A stretch of DNA of 64,000 bases, from assembly GCA_963705255.1 (NCBI GenBank), contig OY970061.1, positions 1,664,001-1,728,000 on the forward strand, written 5' to 3'. A program made the position numbers and the translations under genes. Under the pieces are notes generated by a model. It saw only the letters and a program-made list of their open reading frames with translations, had not been told where the DNA came from and did no database searches. This stretch comes from an uncultured Methanoregulaceae archaeon. GTDB lineage: Archaea > Halobacteriota > Methanomicrobia > Methanomicrobiales > Methanospirillaceae. Below are positions 40,159 through 51,566 of this stretch, in pieces. How positions within the stretch are numbered: position 1 is the stretch's first letter; each line of letters begins with the position of its first letter.

Positions 40159-41384
40159 GCAGCAAGCGCCTCCTGCCAGCCTTTCGTAAATATCCCGATC
40201 CGATCGCAGGGGACGGTTGCACCGGCCCGGCGGTTGTGCCCGCCGCCGTTGCCCCCGCAGGCCGCTGCCAGTTCCCGGACTTTCGGCCCGATGTCTGCAT
40301 CGGAACCGGCGGGAGTGCGGGCCGAGATGCGGCACGCGCCGCCGCTCTTCGCGTAGACCAGTACCGGGCCTGCTGCGGGAATGTCGCGGGCAAGGATATC
40401 GGCGACATCGCTCGCGAGTGCCGGATCCTTCACTTCGTAGACCCCTGCAACCCCCCCGAGCGGGCGGGCATCCCTGACCGCCCCGATGACCTTCACCCGG
40501 TGCTGGCGGGCGATCTCCCATGCCCGGTCGAGATCGTGGGACGACCTCAGGCAGAGGGTTGCGCCGATATCCCCGTTCCCGCTCTTGCCGCAGGCATCGA
40601 TGACCGCGCTGAGCGCGTGGGCGTCCTCGATCACCTCCCGCTGGAGGTGGAAGGTATCGCCGTAGACTGCCTGCAGGGCGGCAGGGGTAGTTTTCGGTGC
40701 CGCTTCGAGCACCACCCGCGAGAGCAGGGTATCGAGCCGGAGGGGGTTCTCGCCGGACGCCTTGTCCCGGGCCTGGTCGATGAGGTCAGCGACGACCTGC
40801 TCGGCGCCGCTGATGCCGTCGAGGTACGGGCTGATCGCCGTGTACCAGCGCTCGGTCATGTCCCGGCCCGGCAGTTTCAGCCCCCTGTCCGGCACGATGA
40901 TCCCGTTCGCTATCCCCTCGTTGAAGATCTCGAGGTTCTTCCCCGCGATCTCCTGCCCGTCGCCGATGATGCCGGGGATCACGAGCCCGGCGAGGTCGCG
41001 GTTGTCGCCCATCTCCTGGGCAACGAAGTACGCGGTGCCTGCCGCGGAAAGTTCGCGATCGCCGTCGATACCGGAGAGCCGCGGGTTCACGTGGAGTTCC
41101 CCTTCGAAGAGCGGGAGGTGGTGGTCGACCACCATGGTCGCCGGTGGGAGGTTCTCCATGCCCGAGCCGGTATCGCAGAGAAGATATGCAGCATCCCCGG
41201 TAAGATCGGCAACGCTGACCTCCTGCCGCACCCGGAGCCGGAACCGTATCCCTGCACGGAGCATCGCGTGGCAGAGGATCGAGGCGGCTGCTATGCCGTC
41301 TGCGTCGTGGTGCGCGAACACCTCGACGAACTCCTGCTTCCGGATCGTTCCGGCAACGGTTTCTGCTGCGGTCTCAAGCGACAT
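40155..41384 (-). CDS. DHH family phosphoesterase (RecJ-like)
   Basis: Start MSLETAAE at 41384; 'HHDADGIAA', 'CDTGS', 'VDHH', '[10 protein letters not shown]'. Confidence 0.9.
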   Translation of the reverse strand: MSLETAAETVAGTIRKQEFVEVFAHHDADGIAAASILCHAMLRAGIRFRLRVRQEVSVADLTGDAAYLLCDTGSGMENLPPATMVVDHHLPLFEGELHVNPRLSGIDGDRELSAAGTAYFVAQEMGDNRDLAGLVIPGIIGDGQEIAGKNLEIFNEGIANGIIVPDRGLKLPGRDMTERWYTAISPYLDGISGAEQVVADLIDQARDKASGENPLRLDTLLSRVVLEAAPKTTPAALQAVYGDTFHLQREVIEDAHALSAVIDACGKSGNGDIGATLCLRSSHDLDRAWEIARQHRVKVIGAVRDARPLGGVAGVYEVKDPALASDVADILARDIPAAGPVLVYAKSGGACRISARTPAGSDADIGPKVRELAAACGGNGGGHNRRAGATVPCDRIGIFTKGWQEALAA

Positions 41385-41409
41385 GGGTATGGCGGACGAT
41401 GGTGATGGA

Positions 41410-41867
41410 TTACCTGGACAGCAGGATCTCTGCGTTCTCCGGCTTGTAGACCCAGCCGGCGGGGAGCTCCTGCTTCCCGTGTAGTACTTCACGAGCCTTC
41501 TTACCTTGGACTCCATGAGCTGGAGCTGCCGCTTGTTGTGCAGATCCTTCTTATTCTCGGAGAGGTGCTTGCGCAGGCCCAGTGCCTTCTGGATGAGGTC
41601 GCGGAGGTCCTCGGGGATCTCGGACGCTGCCTTGTTCTCTTTCAGGATGTCCCCGATACGCTTGCCGGTGGCAAGTTTCACATCGGGAACGCCGTAGCGG
41701 TCCCGCAGGACCAGACCGATCTTGCTGCTCGATGCGCCTTCCTTGCGGAGTTCCAGGATGATCTTGGTGATCGCCGCGGAGTCGGTGTTCGACCACGCGG
41801 GTGCCTGTTTCCGGTACGGGCGGACTGAGCTCGACTTGCCCCTTCTTCGGGCATGCATTCGTGCCAT
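41410..41867 (-). CDS. rps15: 30S ribosomal protein uS15 (indel near 41468)
   Basis: '[14 protein letters not shown]', 'IPEDL', '[11 protein letters not shown]'; the C-terminus '[18 protein letters not shown]' lies in a shifted frame. Confidence 0.95.
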
Positions 41868-41931
41868 TGTAGAGCCTCCTAATCGACTAAACGTAAGTCC
41901 AGAAAAGTGCAGTACTGGTTACTGACTCTCT

Positions 41932-41982
41932 GTAATCCCAAAGCCATGCCTGAGGCAGTGCGGTGTCGCACGTCGGACTTAC
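41932..41982 (-). ncRNA. Putative structured rps15 leader RNA
   Basis: Reverse complement GTAAGTCC-GAC-GTGCG.ACAC.CGCAC-TGCC.TCA.GGCA-TGGCTTT-GGGATTAC: a closing helix enclosing two hairpins, ~65 nt upstream of the rps15 ATG. Confidence 0.55.
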
Positions 41983-42266
41983 ATCTGTCAGCACATGTTA
42001 AAAGTGCTGTCGTACTATTGGCGGCGGAGGGATAATAAGGGTATGGGTGGGGTGGTTGGGGCGGGAGGAAGGCAGCCCGGCACCATATCGGGAAGCAGCA
42101 GCGCGAACCGGTCTTCCTTCTGAACTGCCTGAATCATGCCGCAGATTCACCGGCCGTTCCCCGACTCGTTCGCATCTGCCTGATCGTTTTCCTCATTCGA
42201 TAATTATTTCCGTGATCCGAGTAACTACCCTCACATATATCAGCCGGCAGCCAGCACAGGAGCAGA

Positions 42267-45093
42267 ATGGGGGTGAACGGGACCGATTCAGACGGGCCGG
42301 GGACGTCCGGCACGACCGTCCTTTTTACGGGACACCCGGTCCTGCGAAAATGTGCCATCCTCTCCGGAGCCGGGACTGTCCTTATCGGAATCCTGGGAAT
42401 TATCGGGCTGTATCTCAATCTCACGGTATTGCGCAGCATCTACCCGGGATACCAGCCTATGGCATTCAGCGCCGCCGTGCTCTCCATCCTGTTCGGGGCC
42501 GTCCTGGTCTCCCACACCCTGCGGCCGTTCACGGGCAGGATGCGGGTATTCATCCAGCTGGTTGTCGCAGCTGTCGCGGTCACCGGTGCGCTGGAGCTGC
42601 CGCTCAATGTACAGGGACGCCATTTCATTGTCGAGACGGTGATGGTGCAGGCCGGTAACGCCCTCGCGGGCCAGCTCACGACGCCCATCTCTCCCGGGGC
42701 CCTGTGCATCGTGATCGCGGTCTCGATCGGGTTCTTTCTCCTGCTCATCAAGCCCACCCCGTCAAAGGAGCGGCAGCGTGAACTTGATGCGATCTGCCTG
42801 GCCGGCCTGGCGGTCGTGCTGGTGAGTTTCACCTTCCTCATGAGCTATATCTTCGGGGCCCCGTTCCTCTACGGGACACCGTTGATCCCCATTGCAGCAC
42901 CAACGACACTCGCGCTGACCTGTATCGGGATCGGCCTCGTGGCTGCCGCGGGCCCGGCAGCGTTCCCGCTCCGGTATTTCATCGGCCCCTCCACCAGCGC
43001 CCGCCTCCTCCGCACATTTCTCCCGCTGGTGCTTGCCATCGTCCTCTTGGATAGTTTTCTTGACGTCATCCTGCCGCTGTTCAACACAACCCGGTACGCC
43101 CTTGAGGTCTCGGTAACTCTTGTCGTATTTTCCGTGATCACGGGGTATGTAGTCATCAGGGTCTCCAGGGGACTTGGCATGGCGCTGGAGGCCGAGGAAC
43201 GGAAACGGAGGGAAGCCGAAGGGAAACTTGCCCGCCAAAACGAAAACCTCGCCGCCACGAACGAGGAACTCACTGCCACGGGTGAAGAACTCAGGGCAAA
43301 CCTCGATGAACTTGCCCGGAGGGAGGGGGAGTTACGGGAGAGCGAGGAGAAATACCGTTCTCTCTTTGAAAACCTGCTCGAAGGTTATGCCTACTGCCGC
43401 ATGATCTACGACGAGTCCGGGCGCCCGGACGATTTCATCTACCTCGAAGTCAACCGTGCGTTCGACGAGATCATCGGAACAAAGACTGTCACGGGGAAGC
43501 GGGTCTCTGAGGTATTTCCGGGGATAAAAGAAGAGTTCCCTGACCTGTTTGAGATTTATGGGAAGGTCGCGCTGAGTGGGAGGCCGGAGGCATTTGACAT
43601 CGATTTCAGGCCGTCCGGAAAATGGCTGCACATCTCCGTCTATTCCCCGGCAAAAGAGCACTTCGTCGCAATTTTTGAAGATATCACCGGGCGCAGGAAG
43701 GCCGAGAACGTCCTGACCCTGTACAAGATCTTCACCGAGAACGCCCACGACCTTATCCTCTTCATCCGCAAGCGTGACGGCCGGATCATCGAGGCAAACA
43801 AAGCCGCGGTCATGACGTACGGGTATACGAGAGAGGAACTGCTTGGTATGACCATCTTTGAGCTCCGGGCCTCTGACAGGAGAGAAGAGATCACCAGCCA
43901 GATGGAGAGGGCTTCCGGTGAGGGACTGGTCTTTTCGACCCTGCACCGGAAAAAAGACGGGAGCGATCTCCCGGTTGAAGTCAGTTCGGTCTCGATGGCC
44001 TTCGAGAACGAGCTGGTCCTCGTCTCCATCATCCGTGATATCTCCGAACGGAAGCGGGCGGAAGAGACACAGACCCTTCTTGCGTCGATTGTCACGAATT
44101 CGGAAGATGCGATCTACGGGAAGACCCTTGACGGCATCATCACGAGCTGGAACTCCGGCGCAGAGAAGATCTACGGGTATACGGCACAGGAAGCCATCGG
44201 TCGCCACGTCTCTTTCCTGACTCCTCCGGAATATGCTGATGATATTGAGACCATCCTGAAAACCATCGGGGAGAACCAACCGGTGCGGTACCACGAGACC
44301 GTCAGGATGCGGAAAGATGGCGGGCGCATCAACACCGCGATAAGTGTCTCACCGATAAAAAATGCAGACGGTGTCGTGATCGGTGCCTCGACCATCGCGC
44401 GGGACATCACTGAACAAAAACGGGTGGAATCCGCGCTGGTGGTTGCCAACAGGAAACTCAGCCTGCTCAACAGCATCACCCGCCACGATATCCGGAACCA
44501 GCTCCTTGCCCTGGGGGGGTTCCTTGAACTGTATCACGAAGAGTACCTGGGTGATACCAGGTTGCAGGGATACTTCGAGCGGCTGATAAAATCGGTCAGG
44601 GTGATCGGAAACCAGATCGAGTTTGCGAAATCCTACCAGGAACTCGGTGTGAAATCTCCGGAATGGTACCGGGTGGAAGAGGTTGCAGGAGTGGTTGCAG
44701 GGGCCGGCGGGTTTGGCGCGATCCCTGTCAGTACCGGGACCGGCCCGCTCGAGATATTTGCAGACCCGATGTTTGAAAAGGTGTTTTTCAACCTGTTCGA
44801 CAACGCGGCCAGGCACGGGGAGCACGTAACCCGGGTGAGCATCTCGTTTGAGCAGCGGAACGGCCGACGGCATTCTCATCGTCGCTGATGACGGAGTCGG
44901 CGTACCGCTGGCAGACAAGGAGCGTATCTTCGAGCGCGGGTTCGGGAGGAACACGGGTCTCGGCCTCTTCCTTGTGCGGGAGATCCTTGGCATCACCGGC
45001 ATGAGCATCCGGGAGACCGGGGAGCCCGGAAAAGGGGCACGGTTCGAGGTCACCGTGCCCAAAGGGATGTTCCGGCTGGGAAGCGGGGCGTAG
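42267..45093 (+). CDS. Membrane multi-PAS sensor histidine kinase (indel near 44860)
   Basis: N-terminal TM bundle, coiled coil, 3 PAS domains, H-box 'ITRHDIRNQL', N-box 'NLFDNAARHG', G-boxes 'DDGVGV' and 'TGLGL' in a shifted frame. Confidence 0.92.
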
Positions 45094-45220
45094 GAGATCC
45101 ATCGGGAAGGGCCGTTCCGTGCTGCCACTCCTTCACCACCATTGCCGTCGGCCGGATGGCACGAAACAAATGTTTTTCCCGAGCTGCTGTGATTACCGGG
45201 ATAAAGGAGGGATAAGTATC

Positions 45221-46144
45221 ATGAAAGCGGTCCGTATTCACAAATTCGGCAATTCCGGGGTCCTGAAGTTCGAGGACGCACCGGAACCGGAGATCGGTCC
45301 TGACGAAGTACTCGTCAAAGTGTACGCCTGCGGGGTCAACCCGGTCGACTGGAAGATCCGTGAAGGGTTCATGGAGCAGATGGCGCACCACAGCCTGCCG
45401 CTCACGCTCGGGTGGGACGTTGCAGGCACCGTGGAATCGACCGGGGCTCTGGTCAAACGGTTCGAACGGGGAGACGCGGTCTTCTGCCGGCCCGACACGC
45501 TCCGCAACGGGGGGTATGCGGAGTACATTGCGGTGAGGACCATCGAACTCGCGAACGCACCGGAGAGCATTCCGCTCGATCATGCGGCCGGGATCCCCCT
45601 CGCCTCGCAGGCCGCGTGGATGGCGCTTTTCGAGGTCGCGGGTCTCAGGACCGGCCAGAAGATCCTGATCCATGGGGCATCCGGGGGGCTCGGCACCTTC
45701 GCCGTCCAGTTTGCAAAGGCTGCGGGCGCTCATGTCATCGGAACGACCTCCGCGGGAAACTTCGGGCTGGTCGAGTCGCTCGGTGCTGACGAGATCATCG
45801 ATCACACTTCGGAAGATTTCAGCAGGAAGGTGAAAGGCATGGACGTGGTGTTCGACACTATCGGCGGGGAGACGCAGGCGAAATCGTGGGGCGTTCTCAG
45901 GAAAGGCGGGGTTCTCGTCTCGAGCGTCGGAGCGGACGAAAAGGCCGCAGCGGCCCATGGTGTGAGCGGCAGGTCGTTCCTGCTCAACTCCAACGGCGCA
46001 CGGCTGCAGGAGATCGGCGGGCTTGTGGACGAGGGGAACGTGAGCGTTATCATCGAGAAAGTGCTGCCCCTTTCCGAGGCAAAGGCTGCACACGACCTGA
46101 GCCAGACAGGCCATGCGAGAGGAAAGATTATCCTGAAAGTGTGA
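45221..46144 (+). CDS. NADP-dependent oxidoreductase (MDR/quinone oxidoreductase family)
   Basis: 'MKAVRIHKFG', 'GVNPVDWK', 'LGWDVAGTV', 'IHGASGGLG', 'HARGKIIL'; GGAGG RBS. Confidence 0.93.
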   Translation: MKAVRIHKFGNSGVLKFEDAPEPEIGPDEVLVKVYACGVNPVDWKIREGFMEQMAHHSLPLTLGWDVAGTVESTGALVKRFERGDAVFCRPDTLRNGGYAEYIAVRTIELANAPESIPLDHAAGIPLASQAAWMALFEVAGLRTGQKILIHGASGGLGTFAVQFAKAAGAHVIGTTSAGNFGLVESLGADEIIDHTSEDFSRKVKGMDVVFDTIGGETQAKSWGVLRKGGVLVSSVGADEKAAAAHGVSGRSFLLNSNGARLQEIGGLVDEGNVSVIIEKVLPLSEAKAAHDLSQTGHARGKIILKV

Positions 46145-46226
46145 CGCCACCGCAGGCAAAACCTGACTTCTGCCTCGCCGTCACCGGAATGCTCCCCCAC
46201 CTTTTTTACCCTCGCAGGGAGAACGC

Positions 46227-46970
46227 ATGGTACGCATGGACACGATCCCCCTTGAGATGCAGAGCGAAGAGTCGGCCATCCGGTTCCGGGACTGCTTCTC
46301 TGTCAGGTATATCCAGTCTGCCGCCCTGCTCTGCAGGCTCGGGTACCAGATCGAAAAGGTTCCCCGGGAGCCTGAGCCGTCCCAGGAAGTCCTCCTCCGG
46401 CACGAGGTATTCATCCTCAATTCCGTCCTCTCCGCCGTTGCCTTCCTCGAGTCCACCATCAACGAGCTCTTTGCCGATGCTGCAGACGATGCCTATTTCT
46501 TTGCCGACGAGAAGACCGAGCTGCTTCTCAGGGCCATCCGGGAGAAGTGGAGGAACGGGAAGAACTTCGACCGTGCCCCGATGATCAGCAAGTACCAGAA
46601 GATCCTTGCAATTGCAGGCCAGCCCCCGTTCAGTGAGGACGAACCGGCGTTTTCGAACGTCAGGGAGCTGATCGGGATCCGCAACCACCTTATGCATTAC
46701 AAGCGGGAGTGGGTCGTAGTCCGGAAGACCGGCAGTGCGGGCCCGGGAGAGGAGACCATGAGCGAAAAATTCGCAAAACATCTGGGGAAGAAATTCGCCA
46801 CGAACCCGTTCGCTGCACAGAACCTGCCCTTCTTCCCGGACCAGTGCCTCGGCCACGGGTGTGCCGAGTGGGCGATCGTCAACAGCATCGTCTTCACGGA
46901 CGAGTTCTTCCGGCGGCTCGGGCTTCCGGTGCCGTACGAGGGCGTGAAGGACGAGCTGGGGACAAGATGA
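46227..46970 (+). CDS. Hypothetical protein with a HEPN-like Rx4H motif
   Basis: Mostly helical; 'AFLESTINE' helix and 'IRNHLMHY' (R-N-x3-H). Confidence 0.6.
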   Translation: MVRMDTIPLEMQSEESAIRFRDCFSVRYIQSAALLCRLGYQIEKVPREPEPSQEVLLRHEVFILNSVLSAVAFLESTINELFADAADDAYFFADEKTELLLRAIREKWRNGKNFDRAPMISKYQKILAIAGQPPFSEDEPAFSNVRELIGIRNHLMHYKREWVVVRKTGSAGPGEETMSEKFAKHLGKKFATNPFAAQNLPFFPDQCLGHGCAEWAIVNSIVFTDEFFRRLGLPVPYEGVKDELGTR

Positions 46971-46983
46971 GTATTTTCACGAA

Positions 46984-47156
46984 GCATACTTTCCGGAAAG
47001 ATGCGGCTGAGTGCCTTACGCACAAGACGATCCGGAGCCCGATGGGGCTTCTCCGCTTCGTGATTGGAGAGGTTTGTCAAAACCTCAACGAGGAGAATCA
47101 GAGAGGTTTCTTGTAAACCTCGATGAAGAGAAGTGAGGCAATAAGCCGAACTTCGA
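46984..47156. repeat. Intergenic hairpin cluster between convergent genes
   Basis: CTTTC-CG-GAAAG, GGAGCCC-GATG-GGGCTTC, GAGGTTT-GTCA-AAACCTC, GAGGTTT-CTTGT-AAACCTC. Confidence 0.55.
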
Positions 47157-47214
47157 AGGACGGCATCATCCGGCCGCCATAATGGGACTATCCCTTGTTA
47201 TATCCGCCCATATC

Positions 47215-47862
47215 TCATTTTCCAGCAATCCCCCGGATATACTCCAGCGCCGCTATCGCATCGTCCCGTTTCCGGTCGCAGGCATGATCCTTTACCCACC
47301 CGAGGAACCGGTCCCTGACACCGTCATCAAGGGTATCCCCGGCGGCTTCCGCGACCCGCCGGTAGGTCCGCTGCGGGTAAAAAACGGATTTTGCCGCAGC
47401 GAGCAGGATATCGTGATCTTCAGCGCTCAGCACTCCCTGCCGGGCAGCCTCCCTCAGGGTAAAACGGATGTTGATGAGCGGTTCGGAAAGGGTGAGCCCG
47501 GTCTCCGGGTCAAAGACAAGCGCCACCTCGTCGTCCGACTCCAGTTCCCCGCTCTTGTACATCCGGTAGACTTCGCCGACGCCCACCATCCCCAGCGTGT
47601 CCATCTCGGCAGCCCGCAGGGCGCCCATGCTGGACGAACCCACTACCATGACCCCCTTTTTCACTGCCTGGAGGATCTCCCGGTGGGCCACCGCACTCTC
47701 CTGGTGGAAGACCCCATCGATCAGCCCGATGATCGCGGCGCCGTCGTCAGCCGCCCGGAGGAGGTCGCCCCGTTTGGCGGGCGGGCGGTACTCAGCGGCG
47801 AGGATCTTCTCCGCTGACGGCCGGTCAAGACTTGGCCCGAGAAAGACGATGATCCTGTGCAT
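47215..47862 (-). CDS. tfuA: TfuA, McrA-glycine thioamidation partner
   Basis: 'VFLGPSL', 'PPAKRGDL', 'IDGVFHQ..AVAHREI', 'SSMGALRAAE', 'DDEVAL'. Confidence 0.95.
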   Translation of the reverse strand: MHRIIVFLGPSLDRPSAEKILAAEYRPPAKRGDLLRAADDGAAIIGLIDGVFHQESAVAHREILQAVKKGVMVVGSSSMGALRAAEMDTLGMVGVGEVYRMYKSGELESDDEVALVFDPETGLTLSEPLINIRFTLREAARQGVLSAEDHDILLAAAKSVFYPQRTYRRVAEAAGDTLDDGVRDRFLGWVKDHACDRKRDDAIAALEYIRGIAGK

Positions 47863-49037
47863 TGTCCACCCGTCTGCCACGGCGTTCAGGGTCCACGGCG
47901 AACACCTCGAGGCCCGGCACGACGACCCGCACGACCGGTATACCGATCTCTTCCCGGGTCAGGTCGACAACGATGACCCGGTCCATTCCCTGTTTTCTGA
48001 GCGCGTCCAGGATGAAGCGGATGTCGTTCAGGAAATCGTCGCTGTCGAACGATTGGAGATCGTTGTAACCCACGGTCCCGCTGTCTCGGTACCAGTAGCC
48101 GTTGATCCTTTTCGCCCGTTCGTATCCCATCCTCTTCCGGAGCTCGGCGAGGGTCGTGTCCTCGCGGGCGCCGTGGATCTGCGTGAGCCTGCTCTGCGCC
48201 ACTTCGGTGAGCGCCCGCATCACGGCAATCCGTGCGCTCGTGTGCGTCCCGATGCCGATCGTCAGGAGCATCGGGTCCCTGAGGAGCACGTCATCGGAGA
48301 CGGCCGCTATCGTCGGGATCCCGATGTCGCTGGTGATGTCCCGCACTTTCACTTCTACCTGTGCAGCCGAAAATTTGCCCAGCATCTCTACGAGAGACGG
48401 ATCATCGATCTCTGCCAGGCACGGCCCGGTATCGCGGCATGCCTCCACCAGCGACCACGCGTCCCGCTCGATCACTTCCGAGAGGGCATGGAAGACGGCC
48501 TCCTCGAAGGTATTGCCGGACGCAAGGCCGTTGGTACTGGTGCGGAAGAGGGGGCGGTAATTGTGAGGGAGCGGGTGGAAGACGGCATGGGCAGGGAGAA
48601 TGACGGGCTCGTTGTTCGCAATATCGTACCCCTCCGTCCAGGCGATGAGGCGGTCGGTATCGGAACCCTCGGGCAGGATCAGGTCCTTCGGGTCGATGAC
48701 ATTGCCGTGGGCAAGCATCTCCTGGTAGGGTGCAAGGGTCACTCTCCGGTCGTGCAGTTCCGAGGAGTAGCGTTCGATCCCTTCCATGATGGCCGAGATC
48801 CGGGACTCCTCGACCGTCGCCCCTTTCCCGTTATAGACCGTGATCGCCCCGGCTTCGGCCGTAGGCCTGATGCAGGAGAAGACCGGGATGCCGATCCGGT
48901 CGAGGCTGGTGATGTCGGCGACCCGCGTGATGCCGGCGGCGGGTACTTTCGGCTCTATGCGGGCGAGGGTCTCTTCAAGGGGGACGGCACGCTGGGTCTC
49001 GTTGTTGTAGGTCTTCCTGCAGGGTCTGGAGTTGCAT
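47825..49037 (-). CDS. ycaO: YcaO, McrA-glycine thioamidation enzyme (indel just after the start codon)
   Basis: 'ITRVADITSLDRIGIPV', 'NGKG', 'TNGLASGN', 'EVIERD', 'EVAQSR'; removing one C gives the start MQLRPCRK. Confidence 0.95.
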
Positions 49038-49427
49038 GGGGTCACCAGGAATCCGGGCATCTGCCAGACGGGCCGTGCATAGGAGTCTGGAGAGGGCCGG
49101 AAGGATATATTCAGTATAAAAAAGTAGAGCGTGCCGGTGTTTATACATGTTCATGTGGCGGCAACAAGAAAATCCTGCAGCACCGGCTCCGTTCATCCAT
49201 AATCATACCCGGGCACCGCGACGGGACCGGGAGCACGGTGGAGGACATGAGAGCGGCGGGGTATCCTTTCCCGGCCAAGGCCCGGGCAGGGTTTCCCTGG
49301 TAAATACTGGGGTATTGAAACAGCCCGTCAGATGAGCCGGCCATAGGGATGACAAGTGAGATTATTTGCAGAAAAAGCTTTGCTGAAACCCTATTTTTCT
49401 GATCATTTGCTTACTCTGCTCCAGTTA

Positions 49428-49600
49428 GGAGGGAGACCCCCTCTCTCCCCCAGTGGGGGAGGCATCCCAAGGGGAGCATCCCCTTGACCCCCGTTTTTTC
49501 AAGGGTTTTTCATCAACATTCTGAGGGACTATCGCAGTTTTGGGGGATGCCCGAGCGGCGGGGGTGGAGGCATAAAGTGCTGGAGCCCCCAAGAGCGACT
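49428..49600. repeat. GC-rich palindromic intergenic element
   Basis: CTCCCCC-AGT-GGGGGAG and CAAGGGGA-GCA-TCCCCTTG hairpins, plus a longer TTGGGGG...CCCCCAA pairing. Confidence 0.4.
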
Positions 49601-49698
49601 ACTTGTTTCTCTGGTGATTTCAACCGAGCTGCCGGAACGCCCTACGCGGGCTGTCTGCAGTACCCTTCGCCCCGGGTGAGGAAACTGCAGTTTTCCCC

Positions 49699-50391
49699 CT
49701 ATGAACCGGCAGGTCCCTGCGTTTGTGCAAACTCACGGACTTTTCCCGATGCTCCCGGGCGGAGCGGCACCCCGTGTCCCGGGAGCATGAGATCGAACTC
49801 CAGGGAGGCGATTTTCCGGACGGATTGCCGTGCCCGGTCCACGTCCACGGTGAACTGTTCCGTGGGTCCTTCAAGGGTCTTCCCGTCAAACCGGAGCGTA
49901 TCGCCCGCAAAGAACGTCCTTGTCCCTTCATCCAGGAGGCCGATGCTGCCCGGGGTGTGCCCCGGGAGATGGATGCAGACAAGGCCCTCCACACGGTCCC
50001 CGTCCCTGAGGAGGATGTCCGGCCGGAAAATGTCCGGTCTCATGAAGATGCCGAGGATGCGCACCAGCAGGCCCATGCCCCCTTTCGGTCGGGGCGGAGA
50101 TATCTTCCCCGATACATAGGCCGCGTCCGCCTCGTGCACCGCGACCTTTGCCCCCCCGCCGGAGGCATTCTTCAGTGCCGTGACGTTGCCGGTATGATCG
50201 ATGTGGTAATGCGTCAGGATGATGGTGCGGATGTCCTGAGGCTGGCGGTGCAACTGGTCCCGGATATATGCGAGGATCTTCGGACTGTTTCCCGGCAGCC
50301 CGGTATCGATAATGGTCAGCCCGTCGCGGACGATGACATAGCAGTTGCCATTGACACCGTCCACCTGGTGGATTCCCGGTAGGATCTCCAT
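49699..50391 (-). CDS. MBL-fold metallo-hydrolase
   Basis: 'IIDTG', 'LTHYHIDHTG', 'PGHTPGS', 'AGD', 'PGHG'. Confidence 0.92.
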   Translation of the reverse strand: MEILPGIHQVDGVNGNCYVIVRDGLTIIDTGLPGNSPKILAYIRDQLHRQPQDIRTIILTHYHIDHTGNVTALKNASGGGAKVAVHEADAAYVSGKISPPRPKGGMGLLVRILGIFMRPDIFRPDILLRDGDRVEGLVCIHLPGHTPGSIGLLDEGTRTFFAGDTLRFDGKTLEGPTEQFTVDVDRARQSVRKIASLEFDLMLPGHGVPLRPGASGKVREFAQTQGPAGS

Positions 50392-50536
50392 GGTATCACT
50401 GAGTGCGTGGTATGGTTGTTTCAGGATATCAGGCTTGCTGGCAAGAGATGATATCTGGAGCAAAATGAAATCGTCTCTTTCATTCGAAAAATACCATGAG
50501 ACGGGCTACCGGCAGGAGGTGGCCGTGCAGGAAGTA

Positions 50537-51541
50537 TCAGCCGAACCATCCTTCGAGCGTCTTCTGGCCCGCCTTTACCGTGAACCCTTCCATTGCCTTG
50601 TTCACCCGCTCTTCCGAGAAGTCGTAGCCGTCGCAGAGCATCCTCCTGATCCCTTCCGGGTCGGGGTGCCCGGCGGCAATGGCATAGTCGTCCGTGACCG
50701 GAGGGTGAAGGAACAGGTCCATGACCGGAGTTGGATCAAAATCCGGTTGATTTTCCCGTAATTTTGCGATAAATTCGCCTTTTTGCACCAGTTTGAGCCC
50801 GGTCTTTGCACCCACGCCGTCGACTCCCTCGTTGAAATCGGTTCCTACGAGGATGCCGATCTCGATCAGCTGCTCGCGGGTGAGCTGCAGGCCGGCAAGC
50901 GTGTCGGCGAGCACGATCCGCTCCGGGCTGACGGTTATCTGCCTCCCCCGGATCTTCCGCTTGCCGCTGACCGTCAGGTTCCGGACGAGGACGGGGGCCC
51001 CGAAGAGGAGGGTGTCGTAATCCTGCGACACCACGTACCGGGCATCGCCTTTTGCCGCCATGTAGGAGGCCTGCGCCTCACCTTCACCGGGGGCCTGGAC
51101 TACGGGGATGCCCATGAGGCGGAGCAGTTCCTTCGAGGTCTCGACAACGGTGGTATCGACCCTGGTCGCCGACCGTGCCTGTTTGTAGGCTTCCTCCTCG
51201 TCTCCCCGTTCGACCGCCGCCTTCCACTTCTCGCCGGCCGCATCGCGGACCTTCCGGCGCCCCTCGATCGTTGCCTGCTTGAGCACGGCAGGCTGCCCGT
51301 CAAAGACAAAGACCGGTTTGATCCCTCTCTCCATGAAGTTCGAGACCCGGAAGAGGATGCCGGAGAGGTGGGAGGTCACCCGCCCGCGCCGGTCCATCAG
51401 CGGCGTCCCGTCCGGCTGGCGGATGATGGTCAGGAACTGGTAGAGGGCGTTGTTGGCGTCTATGGCGGCGATCCCCGCAAGCGACTCCCAGGTGACCGGC
51501 ACCTTGTAATCCGCGATGATATCGCGCAGTGGAACACCCAT
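50537..51541 (-). CDS. fen: Flap endonuclease 1
   Basis: 'AIDANNALYQFL', 'EGEAQA', 'SQDYD', 'GTDFN', C-terminal PIP box 'QKTLEGWF'. Confidence 0.97.
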   Translation of the reverse strand: MGVPLRDIIADYKVPVTWESLAGIAAIDANNALYQFLTIIRQPDGTPLMDRRGRVTSHLSGILFRVSNFMERGIKPVFVFDGQPAVLKQATIEGRRKVRDAAGEKWKAAVERGDEEEAYKQARSATRVDTTVVETSKELLRLMGIPVVQAPGEGEAQASYMAAKGDARYVVSQDYDTLLFGAPVLVRNLTVSGKRKIRGRQITVSPERIVLADTLAGLQLTREQLIEIGILVGTDFNEGVDGVGAKTGLKLVQKGEFIAKLRENQPDFDPTPVMDLFLHPPVTDDYAIAAGHPDPEGIRRMLCDGYDFSEERVNKAMEGFTVKAGQKTLEGWFG

Positions 51542-51566
51542 GCAGAATCACGCCATGGAAAAACGG

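Noticed and set aside
40155-41867. uS15-DHH nuclease fusion protein (570-aa ORF)
   Set aside because: One missing base near 41468 bypasses the rps15 C-terminus and its stop at 41410; the DHH gene has its own ATG at 41384.
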